NCBI GenBank assembly: GCA_037382905.1
Contig: JARRPL010000002.1
Coordinates: 1-61,581, forward strand
DNA length: 61,581 nucleotides
Direction: 5' to 3'
Source of the DNA: Gemmatimonadota bacterium
GTDB taxonomy: Bacteria; Gemmatimonadota; Gemmatimonadetes; Longimicrobiales; Gaopeijiaceae
In this document: positions 53,241 through 61,581 of the stretch, in pieces
Position numbering within the stretch: position 1 is the first letter of the stretch
How the letters are laid out: each line of letters opens with the position of its first letter
Notes under the pieces: generated by a model
Database searches by the model: none
Seen by the model: only the letters and a program-made list of their open reading frames with translations
Told to the model about the DNA's origin: nothing
Position numbers and translations under genes: made by a program

Positions 53241-53357
53241 ACCGCCCCTCGCTGCTCCGGGGCGGTCGTGCCACTTTATCGCCGATGGGCACGTACCCCC
53301 GCCTCGGCCTGGTCGTCGCGCCGGCCGGGGCACCTCGAGTGGAGGAGCCGAGACCCG

Positions 53358-54575
53358 ATGGTCCGCCCCCGGAGCTTTCGCCGGAACGTCTTCTGGACCG
53401 TGCTGCTGGTGGCCCTCACCCCTGCGGCGCTCGCCCTCGTCCTGGCGACGGTGCTTCTGTCCGGCATGGGTACCGGCAGTGGGACGCTGGGTCCCTGGGA
53501 CTCTGTCGCCCGCTCCGGACGGGCGCTTGTGGAGGCGGCACGGGAGGCCGCCCCCGACGACCCCCGGGTCGCTGCGCTGGCGGAAGAGCACCAGGCCGCC
53601 CTCTCCGCCTCGGTCCGTCAGTCCCGGCTCTACTCCTTCGTAGCCCAGCGGACGGTTCAGATCCTCCCGGTGGCCGCCCTGCTGGCGGTCCTCCTGGTCG
53701 CGGGGCTTAGCGCACTCGCGGCCCGGCGGGTGTCGAAGCGCCTCGGGGGGCCCGTAGGGGAGCTGGTGGAGTGGACCCGGTTGGTGGCCGCCGGGGAACC
53801 GGTCCCGGACCGGGAGGAGGACCGGAGGCCCTTCCGAGAGTTCCGCTCCTTGCGGGAGGCGCTCCGCTCCATGGCCTCGGAGCTGGCTGCCGCCCGGGAT
53901 CGGGAGCTCGAGGCGGCCCGGGTGCGGGCGTGGTCCGACATGGCGCGCCGCGTCGCCCATGAGCTCAAGAACCCCCTCACCCCCATTCGGATCGGGGCCG
54001 CGTCCCTCGCACGGAGTGGGGATGAGGGCGTGCGGGACACGGGAGAGATGATCCTGGAAGAGGTGGCCCGGCTGGACGGGATGGCCCGTGACTTCTCCCG
54101 ATTCGGACGTCCGCCGGAGGGCGCACCGGCACCGGTGGACGTGGGGGAGATGCTCCACGCCCTCCGTCGACGCCACGCTCCCGAGGAACCCGGAGCCCCC
54201 GCCGTGGAGGTGCTCATCGCCCCGGGACTCCCTCGGGTGATGGGACACCACGACGCCCTTTCCCGAGCGGTCCTCAACCTCATGGTGAATGCCCTCGAGG
54301 CACTGGAGGGTCGAGCCGACGGACGGGTGGTACTGTCGGCACGACCCCTTGCGGGGGGTGTGGAGATCTCCGTGGCGGACAACGGGCCAGGGGTTCCCTC
54401 GGAACTCCGGGAGACCGTCTGGGAGCCCGAGGTGACGACCCGGCGCCGAGGGTCCGGTCTGGGCCTCGCCATGGTACGGCAGACGGCCCAGGCCCACGGC
54501 GGCGAGGTCCGCCTCGTGGCCCGGGACGGCGGTGGAGCGGACTTCCGCATCGCCGTCCCGGGTTCCAGAGCCTAG
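53358..54575 (+). CDS. Membrane sensor histidine kinase (NtrY-like H-box)
   Basis: Two TM helices, HAMP-like region, RRVAHELKNPLTPI, NLMVNA, DNGPG, GSGLGL. Confidence 0.9.
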   Translation: MVRPRSFRRNVFWTVLLVALTPAALALVLATVLLSGMGTGSGTLGPWDSVARSGRALVEAAREAAPDDPRVAALAEEHQAALSASVRQSRLYSFVAQRTVQILPVAALLAVLLVAGLSALAARRVSKRLGGPVGELVEWTRLVAAGEPVPDREEDRRPFREFRSLREALRSMASELAAARDRELEAARVRAWSDMARRVAHELKNPLTPIRIGAASLARSGDEGVRDTGEMILEEVARLDGMARDFSRFGRPPEGAPAPVDVGEMLHALRRRHAPEEPGAPAVEVLIAPGLPRVMGHHDALSRAVLNLMVNALEALEGRADGRVVLSARPLAGGVEISVADNGPGVPSELRETVWEPEVTTRRRGSGLGLAMVRQTAQAHGGEVRLVARDGGGADFRIAVPGSRA

Positions 54576-54583
54576 GCGGGAGC

Positions 54584-55954
54584 GTGCAACTCCTCATCGT
54601 CGACGACGAGGGCAACATCCGCCGGGCCCTCCGGGCCTTGCTGGAGGCCGAGGGCCACCAGGTGGACACCGCCGCCTCCGCAGAGGAGGCGCTGGAGCAG
54701 ATCCGGCAGCGCCCTCCCGATGTCGTCCTCCTGGATCTGGCACTGCCGGGGCGCTCCGGTCTCGAGGCGCTGCCGGACATCCGAGAGCTCGCTCCAGCCA
54801 CCGTGGTGGTGATGATGAGCGGACAGGCATCGCTGGCGGACGCCGTGGAGGCAACGAGGCTCGGCGCCTTCCACTTCATCGAGAAGCCCCTGTCCCCGGA
54901 GGCTGTGCTCCTGACGGTGAAGGGCGCCGAGGAGCTGGTCCGAGCCCGTGACCTGACCCGGGCCCTCCAGGAGGAGCTGGGTCCAGAGGCCGAGCTGGTG
55001 GGGCGGTCTCCGGCGCTGGAGAAGGTCCGGGAGCTGATTCGAAAGGCCGCCCCCACCGACGCACGCATCCTGATCACCGGCGAGAGCGGCACCGGGAAGG
55101 AGTTGGTCGCCACGGCCATCCACGGCCTCTCCCAGCGTCGAGCCGGCCCCTTCATCCGTGTGAATTCGGCGGCGATCCCCCGAGACCTCGTGGAGAGCGA
55201 GATGTTCGGACACGAGCGGGGCGCCTTCACGGGGGCCACGGAACGGCGCCGGGGTCGGCTCGAGCTGGCCCATGGCGGCACCCTATTCCTGGACGAGGTG
55301 GCGGATCTGGGTCCCGAGGCCCAGGCGAAACTCCTCCGGGCCCTCGAGACGGGGATCGTGGAGCGGATCGGGGGCACGGAGCGGATCTCCGTGGACGTCC
55401 GGATCGTCGCCGCCACCAACCGGGATCTCGAGAGCGAGGTCCGGCGAGGCCGTTTCAGGGACGACCTGCTGTTCCGCCTGAACGTCCTCCCCATCCACCT
55501 GCCGCCCCTCAGGGAGCGAAGCGCCGACGTTCCACTTCTGGTGGAGCACGCCCGGGCCCGACTGCAGCGGCGGCAGGGCGTCCGGGCTCCGGTCTTCTCC
55601 CCGGAGGCCATGGAGACCCTGACCGCCGGGTACGACTGGCCCGGGAACGTCCGGGAGCTGCTGAACCTGGTGGAGCGACTCGCCATCCTCCACCCGGATG
55701 CGGTGGTGCGTCCGGCCCACGTCCGCGCGGTCCTGCCCGGGCCCGGAGCCGAGTCCAGGCAGTCGGGATACGTGGACCACGATCCCCGACCCCTGCGGCA
55801 ACGGCTGGACGACTACGAGCGCCGCCTCCTGGAGGGGGCGCTGGCGGTGTCGAGCGGGAATGTGTCCGACGCCGCGCGACGACTGCGAACCGATCGGGCG
55901 AATCTCTACCGACGCATGAAACGTCTGGGACTGCGCGACGAGGAGGAGGAATGA
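54584..55954 (+). CDS. Sigma-54-dependent response regulator (NtrC/NtrX family)
   Basis: Receiver domain, GESGTGKE, GAFTGA, LFLDEV, WPGNVREL, C-terminal Fis-type HTH. Confidence 0.95.
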   Translation: MQLLIVDDEGNIRRALRALLEAEGHQVDTAASAEEALEQIRQRPPDVVLLDLALPGRSGLEALPDIRELAPATVVVMMSGQASLADAVEATRLGAFHFIEKPLSPEAVLLTVKGAEELVRARDLTRALQEELGPEAELVGRSPALEKVRELIRKAAPTDARILITGESGTGKELVATAIHGLSQRRAGPFIRVNSAAIPRDLVESEMFGHERGAFTGATERRRGRLELAHGGTLFLDEVADLGPEAQAKLLRALETGIVERIGGTERISVDVRIVAATNRDLESEVRRGRFRDDLLFRLNVLPIHLPPLRERSADVPLLVEHARARLQRRQGVRAPVFSPEAMETLTAGYDWPGNVRELLNLVERLAILHPDAVVRPAHVRAVLPGPGAESRQSGYVDHDPRPLRQRLDDYERRLLEGALAVSSGNVSDAARRLRTDRANLYRRMKRLGLRDEEEE

Positions 55955-57590
55955 GGCGGAAGCTCAGGGTATGCCCGGGAGCCTTGGTGGCACTGCTCCT
56001 CTGGGTCACCGGGCCGTTGGAGGGCCAGGAAACGATCCGGGGGGAAGTCCTGCCGGAGGAGGTGGCCGCCGACGTGCTGGGTTTCGTGAACGATCCCGGC
56101 ACCCTCCGCTTCGAGGGGGACGGGCGGGTGCCCAGCGGTCAGTCGATCCAGGGGAACGTGGCGCTGGTGGGAGGATTGCTCACCGTCGCCGGAGAGATCC
56201 GCGGAGACCTGGTGATCCTGAACGGCGACCTGGTGCTGCTGCCCTCCGCCGTCATCACCGGCGACGTCCTCATCGTGGGCGGGGAAGTGGCCGAAGGCGA
56301 TGCGGACGCCATCCAGGGCCTCGTCTCGATCTACGAGCGGGCCTACCCCGTGGTGCGCCGGGACGGGGGCGTGTATCCCCGCACGGATCGACGACGGGAG
56401 CGGCCGGGGATCTATCTGGGTGGATCCAGGATCACGATCCGCTCCGGGAGCGGCTACAATCGCGTGGAAGGCCTCCCGATCCTGGTGGGACCCCTCTTCC
56501 GAACCTCGGGCGACTACCCACTGCGGGTCGAGGCCCTGGCCATCTTCCGCACGGAGTCCGGCTTCTCGCTGGACAACCTGGGCTACACCGTCCGGCTGGA
56601 GCAGTCGTTCGGCGCGGCACCCCGGTGGACGCTCGGCGCCGGGGCAGCTTCCGAGGTCGTGCCCATCCAGGGCCGGGGGGTGTCGGATCTGGAGGCCTCC
56701 CTCTCGACCTTCCTCCTCCACCGGGACAATCGGGACTACCTCTCCCGGGAGGGCTGGTTTCTCAGCCTCGCCGCCGACTTCGAGTCGATCCCGTTGCGTA
56801 CCAGCCTGACCTTCCGGGCCGACGACCACTACAGCACGACGCCGGGAAGCCCCTGGACCCTCTTCCGGAACGACGAAGAGTGGCGGCCCATGCCCCTGGT
56901 AGCGGAAGGCGACCTCCGCACCCTGGAGGCGCAGGTGGAGATCGACCGCCGGAACGACCCCGACAACCCCACCGACGGATGGTTCCTGGAGGCGAGCCTG
57001 ACCCACGGGCTGGACGGCGACCTCTTCCTTCCCGCCTACATCGCGGCGGGCGCCACCGCCCCCGAGGGTCCCACACCGGTGGACCCCCGATTCACCTTCG
57101 GAAGCCTGGATCTCCGCCGATACGCACGCATCGACCCCAACTCCGACCTTCGCTTCCGGCTGTTGCTCCAGGGGGCCCTCCAGAGCGACGCCCTTCTCCC
57201 CCAGTTCCAGTCGGCCCTGCGGAGATCCCGGGGGGAGAGGAGGACGACGCAACCCGTACCGCCTTCGTCCGGTACGGGTGTGACCAGACGGCCCTCTTCC
57301 AGATGGAGTTCCGGGAGGTCCTGGACTGGGAGCTGGACCTCTCACCCGACAACGAGGAGGACTGGGAGGAGTGGCACTGGTACCCCAGGGTCGACTTCAC
57401 CACGGCGCTCGTGGCGTTCCTGGACGCGGGCCGGGGGTGGTCCAAGGTCCCGGACGGCGTCGACAGCGATACGTTGGCGGACATCGGCGCCGGGGCGTTC
57501 ATTGGAGACCTGGGGCTCTTCCTGGCCTACCCGCTCACCGGCGACGACCGGAAGGTGAGGTTCTTCGTCCGGCTCCAGCACCGCTTCTGA
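55951..57590 (+). pseudogene. Outer-membrane beta-barrel protein with N-terminal bactofilin-like beta-helix; frame broken at ~57219
   Basis: Signal peptide, GNVALVGG/GDLVILNGD/GDVLIVGG repeats, YNRVEGL and amphipathic strands. The C-terminus (FLDAGRGW, DIGAG, FFVRLQHRF) is in a different frame beginning at ~57219. Confidence 0.75.
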
Positions 57591-57593
57591 GTC

Positions 57594-58478
57594 GTGGCCT
57601 CCCGGTGCCCCCCGTCCCCGCGGCGCGCCCCCCGCGGCGCGGCTCTCCTTGCCACGCTCGGGGTGCTCCTCGTCCTCCCCGCCCAGACGGAAGCCCAGGA
57701 GGAGGATCCCCAGGCCCGCGTGGACCCGGCTACCGGTGCCCTGGATCTCGCCCTGGCCCCTCTCCTGGACGATGGCGGGCTGCGCCGGGCCCTCCACTCG
57801 GGGTTGCCCATCCGGGTCGAGGTGACCGTGGAGCTCTGGCGCGACGGGTTCTTCGATCAGCAGGAGGCAGGAGGCACCTGGCGGGCCAGCATCCTTCACG
57901 ACGCCGTGACCCAGAGCTACGAGTTCCAGGCCGAGGACCAGGAACCCATCTCCCTCCCGACCCTCGACCGGGTCGCCCAGACTCTGCAATCCGCCTTCGA
58001 GAGCGAGGTCCGGCCCCGGCGGGAGGGTCGCTACTACTACCTGGCGGAGGTGGAGATGCAGACCCTCTCCCTGTCGGACCTGGAGGAGCTGCGACGATGG
58101 CTTCAGGGCGACCTGGGCTCGGTGGTGGAGGGAGACGGGAGCCCCGAGACTGCGGTGGCCCGGGGTCTGCGACGGATCATGGTCCGAGCCCTTCGCCTGC
58201 CGGCGCGACGAGAGCGACTCCAGACGCCCAGCTTCGACTGGCCACCGAAGGAATCCGAGACCTCGCCACCGGAAGGGCCGGCGGGGAGGAGTCGGACCGT
58301 GGAGAAGGGGTCCCCCTCCGACTCCGCCCTTCCCAGCCTTCCACCGCCAGGAATCCCGGAAATCGGCCTCGACGCCCTCCTCCCTCCGATCGAGCCCTTC
58401 GACTCCCGAGGGAATGCACTTCCGGTGGATTCGTCAGGGTTCCCGTGCGCCGGGCCCACGGAGGAACCGACCGGGTGA
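57594..58478 (+). CDS. DUF4390-like periplasmic protein with a Pro-rich tail
   Basis: Signal peptide, ALHSGLP...VELWR..FFD, D.VTQSY pattern; 3 nt after the OMP stop. Confidence 0.6.
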   Translation: MASRCPPSPRRAPRGAALLATLGVLLVLPAQTEAQEEDPQARVDPATGALDLALAPLLDDGGLRRALHSGLPIRVEVTVELWRDGFFDQQEAGGTWRASILHDAVTQSYEFQAEDQEPISLPTLDRVAQTLQSAFESEVRPRREGRYYYLAEVEMQTLSLSDLEELRRWLQGDLGSVVEGDGSPETAVARGLRRIMVRALRLPARRERLQTPSFDWPPKESETSPPEGPAGRSRTVEKGSPSDSALPSLPPPGIPEIGLDALLPPIEPFDSRGNALPVDSSGFPCAGPTEEPTG

Positions 58479-60080
58479 TGCCCCGGTGAACCGACCTTCC
58501 CGGATCACCCCCTCGCCGTTGACGAAGAGATGCCGCACGCCCCGGGAGAGCTGATGCGGCTCGGTGAAGGTCGCCACCTCGGCGATGGTTGCGGGGTCGA
58601 AGACCACCACGTCGGCGTACCATCCTTCCCTCAACAGTCCCCTGGCCTCCAGCCCCACCCGGTCCGCCACCGCCGAGGTCATCTTGCGGACCGCCTCCTC
58701 CAGCGGAAGGACCCCTTCGTCCCGGACGTACCGTCCGAGGATTCGGGGGTAGGTGCCATATCCCCGCGGATGGGTCATTCCGGTGGCGTTCTTCGGGTCG
58801 TGCACGCCGGAGTCGGAGCCGAATTTCATCCACGGCAGGGTGAGGAGTTCCTCCACGTTCTCCTCGGACATGGCGAAGTAGACCATCCCCACATTCCCCT
58901 CCTCCACCAGGAGGTCCAGCACCGCCTCCGCCCAGGGAGTTCCACGCATCTCCGCCAGCTCCGCCAGCGTGTGGCCCGTGAGTTCCCGGTTGGCGGAGGA
59001 GAGACCCACCATCATGGCTCCCGCAGGGGTCGAGAGGGCGCACCAGTTCTCCCAACCCTCCGGCGGTGCCGACATCTCGGCGATGATCCGGGCCCGGGTG
59101 TCGGGATTTCGGAGGTTCTCCTGGAGAAGGCCGTCGGCAGAGGTCCAGGGGGGGAGGCAGGCCTGGAGGCTGGTAGAGGCGGCGGTGTAGGGGTACATGG
59201 CTGCCTGGATATCCACGCCCCGGGCCCGGGCGCGATCGATGAGATCGATGGCCTGATCCTGCAGCGCCCAGTTGTCGACCCCGGCGGCCTTCAGGTGGTA
59301 GATCTCCACCGGTGCTCCCGATCGACTGCCGATCTCCACCGCCTCCGCCAGGGCCGTCAGCAACCCCGACGACTCACTGCGGATGTGGGAGATGTAGATC
59401 CCCCCGTGCCGCGCCACCTCCCGGGCCACCGCCACCAGCTCGTCGGTTCCAGCGTAGGCCCCCGGCGGATAGATGAGGGCGGTGGCCACCCCTAGCGCCC
59501 CCTCCTCCATGGCCCGCCGGGTGACCGCACGCATGGTGTCCAGCTCCACCGGGTCCGGACGGCCCTCCCGCAGCCCCATGGCGTATCTCCGAACGGTGGT
59601 GCCCCCGATGAACGAACCCACGTTCACCGAGACGCCGCCGGCCTCCATCTCCTCGAGCCAGGCTCCGAAGCGGGTCCACTCGTTCCGCCGTCGCCGCTCG
59701 GTCTCGTCGCCGTCTCTCAGAAGCCCCTCGTCCCCCTGACCGTTGAGGTCGATGAAGCCCGGGGCGACCACGGTCCCGGAGACGTCGAGCACCTCTCGGG
59801 CCAGAGCCCGATCGGCGAGCCCCGGAGGCAGGATGGCGGCGATTCGATCCCCCGACAGCGCCACGTCGGCGTAGCGCCAGGGATTGCCGGTCCCGTCCAC
59901 CAGCCGGCCATTCACCAGGAGCACGTCCCACGGGACATCCTGGACCGGGGGTGGGACCGGCGGCGGGGACGGTGGGACCACCACGTCGGCGGGCCCCCGG
60001 GGCGTGCAGCTGGCCAGGACCAGGAGCACCGCCGAGAGGCTGCGATGGAAAGGCCTACCGGCCAGGCGGTTCGGCTTCAT
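58434..60080 (-). CDS. N-acyl-D-amino-acid deacylase-family amidohydrolase, lipoprotein, with apparent in-frame internal deletion
   Basis: Lipobox LASC, APGFID, YISHIRSE, IYHLK, YPYTA, GSD, HPRGYGTYPR, ADVVVFD; the expected GVTT segment after APGFID is absent. Confidence 0.85.
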   Translation of the reverse strand: MKPNRLAGRPFHRSLSAVLLVLASCTPRGPADVVVPPSPPPVPPPVQDVPWDVLLVNGRLVDGTGNPWRYADVALSGDRIAAILPPGLADRALAREVLDVSGTVVAPGFIDLNGQGDEGLLRDGDETERRRRNEWTRFGAWLEEMEAGGVSVNVGSFIGGTTVRRYAMGLREGRPDPVELDTMRAVTRRAMEEGALGVATALIYPPGAYAGTDELVAVAREVARHGGIYISHIRSESSGLLTALAEAVEIGSRSGAPVEIYHLKAAGVDNWALQDQAIDLIDRARARGVDIQAAMYPYTAASTSLQACLPPWTSADGLLQENLRNPDTRARIIAEMSAPPEGWENWCALSTPAGAMMVGLSSANRELTGHTLAELAEMRGTPWAEAVLDLLVEEGNVGMVYFAMSEENVEELLTLPWMKFGSDSGVHDPKNATGMTHPRGYGTYPRILGRYVRDEGVLPLEEAVRKMTSAVADRVGLEARGLLREGWYADVVVFDPATIAEVATFTEPHQLSRGVRHLFVNGEGVIREGRFTGASPGRFLRGPGAREP

Positions 60081-61183
60081 CCCGTGAAGACCTCGTGTCG
60101 GATCTCCAGCGATTCGATCCGATCCAGCCGGGGTCGCACACCGATGCCGGGTCCCTCCGGGAGCTGCATCATCCCGTTCTTCATCTCGAACTCCGGGGTG
60201 ATGATGTCCTCCTCCCAGTATCGTCGGCTCTCGGAGATATCCCCCGGGAGGGTGAAGCCGGGCAGGGTCGCCAACGCCACGTTGTGGGCCCGACCGATCC
60301 CCGATTCCAGCATGCCGCCGCACCAGACCGGTATGCCCCGGTCCCGGCACAGATCGTGAATCGCCCGGGATTCGCCGAAGCCCCCGACCCGGCCCGGCTT
60401 GATGTTGATGATCCTGCAGGCTCCCAGATCGAGGGCCAGGCGCGCGTCGGCCTCGGAGCGGATCGACTCGTCCAGGCACACGGGCGTCTCCAGGCGTTCC
60501 TGGAGCCGGGCGTGCTCCGCCATGTCTTCATGGGACAGGGGCTGCTCGATCATCATGAGGCGCAGCTCGTCCAGCTCCGCCAGGCGATCCGCGTCCGCCA
60601 GGGTGTAGGCGGAGTTGGCGTCGGCCATGAGGTCCGCCTCGGGGAACCGCTCCCTCACGCCCCGGAGCATCTCGACGTCCCGCCCCGGCTTGATCTTGAT
60701 CTTGATGCGTTTGTACCCCTCCAGCAGATAACCCTCCACCCGTCGAAGGAGGGTGTCGTCGTCGGGCTGGAGGCCGATGCTCACGCCCACCGGCACCGGA
60801 CGCCTCTCGCCACCGATCTCCTCCGCCAGCGAGACCTCGTGCTTTCGGGCCCAGAGGTCCCACGCCGCCATCTCCAGACCCGCCTTCGCCATCCGGTGGC
60901 CCCGAACCCAACCCGCCGACGCCATCACGGCGGCCGGTGAGTCGAAGTCACCCCCGGCCATGGCCGGCGCAAGGAACTCGCGGATCACATGCCAGGCCGT
61001 CTCGGTGGTCTCGGGCGAGTAGCTGGGATCCTCGGCCGCCACCACCTCACCCCATCCCGTGAGGCCTTCCGAGTGAAGGCACACCAGGATCACCGTGCGA
61101 TCCTGGCGAGCGCCCGAGCTGATCTCGAAGCGCTCTCGGAGACGGAGCGGGACGATGCGGATCTCGATGCGTTCGATGTTCAC
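60077..61183 (-). CDS. menC: Enolase-superfamily NSAR/OSBS (N-succinylamino acid racemase / o-succinylbenzoate synthase)
   Basis: GWGE, KIK, DAN, EQP, DES, NIKPGRVGG, WCGGMLESGIGR, PGDIS; 4-nt overlap with the deacylase gene. Confidence 0.9.
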   Translation of the reverse strand: MNIERIEIRIVPLRLRERFEISSGARQDRTVILVCLHSEGLTGWGEVVAAEDPSYSPETTETAWHVIREFLAPAMAGGDFDSPAAVMASAGWVRGHRMAKAGLEMAAWDLWARKHEVSLAEEIGGERRPVPVGVSIGLQPDDDTLLRRVEGYLLEGYKRIKIKIKPGRDVEMLRGVRERFPEADLMADANSAYTLADADRLAELDELRLMMIEQPLSHEDMAEHARLQERLETPVCLDESIRSEADARLALDLGACRIINIKPGRVGGFGESRAIHDLCRDRGIPVWCGGMLESGIGRAHNVALATLPGFTLPGDISESRRYWEEDIITPEFEMKNGMMQLPEGPGIGVRPRLDRIESLEIRHEVFTG

Positions 61184-61202
61184 GGCAGACAGGGTGTGGG
61201 GA

Positions 61203-61581
61203 TCAGGACTGAGGCGGCTCCGCCATGGCGGTGTCCGCCGGGACCAGGACGTACTGGGAAACGGGAGCGAAGAACGGACCGTCGGGAGGGGGCGCCGGAG
61301 GTGGAGGAAGGAGCTCCCGAACCTCCCAGCCCCGGGCCAGCGCCGTCTCGAGGATCCGGCGGGTGGCGACGCGCCAACGCCGGGCCAGGTCGGGGTCCCG
61401 GTCGCGGAGGGACTGAATATCGGCGGGGATCGGGAGGCGGAGGCCGCCGGCCCCCGCGCCCCGCTCCAGGAGGGTCGTCACCTGGTCCAGGGCCGGGACG
61501 CCCTCCGGCACCGGGTCGGGCTCCCCTTCCGTCACGGCAAAGGCCAAGGCGAGGTGGGAAAAGGCGCCCGCCGGCGGAGGG
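61203..61581 (-). CDS. C-terminal part of a GNAT acyltransferase (probable amino-acid N-succinyltransferase); 5' end outside the window
   Basis: IPADIQSL...D..LARRWRVATR..L...LARGWEV...Y, typical of GNATs encoded beside NSAR genes; the frame is open to the window edge. Confidence 0.65.
   Translation of the reverse strand, partial: PPPAGAFSHLALAFAVTEGEPDPVPEGVPALDQVTTLLERGAGAGGLRLPIPADIQSLRDRDPDLARRWRVATRRILETALARGWEVRELLPPPPAPPPDGPFFAPVSQYVLVPADTAMAEPPQS

Noticed and set aside
53240-53302. Hairpin after the ATPase gene as a terminator, and GGCACG as a sigma-54 promoter for the kinase
   Set aside because: No U-tract follows the stem, and the GG-GC spacing is 11 rather than 10.

Overview
A very GC-rich (roughly 70%), gene-dense bacterial chromosomal segment. 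Gene content (Hanks-type kinase fusions, DUF5916 and PD40-amidohydrolase proteins, caa3 oxidase, many lipoproteins) suggests Gemmatimonadota, but this is inference. No rRNA, tRNA, CRISPR array, IS element or prophage was seen. About 48 CDS are supported: a selenocysteine-encoding selD (in-frame UGA plus SECIS-like hairpin, cut by the window edge), lon with an acidic insert and a sigma-54-like promoter, ggt, an AAA+/VWA pair split by an SDR-creatininase-mutY block, a galactoside cluster (galM with a probable CTG start, SSS transporter, GH2), cls, a caa3 cytochrome c oxidase operon, a kinase-PEGA-FGE-hydrolase fusion, a TAXI-TRAP transporter, a module of orphan MshEN/GspE ATPase + sigma-54 two-component system + beta-helix/beta-barrel outer-membrane protein + DUF4390, and a GNAT-NSAR/OSBS-deacylase cluster. 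Four separate sites (~7958, ~36751, ~57219, ~59709) look like clean deletion scars in otherwise intact genes; these may be real lesions or assembly artefacts. A ~200-nt nested inverted-repeat element at 37067-37267 is an unexplained structured-RNA or MITE candidate. All family assignments come from motif recognition, not database searches.
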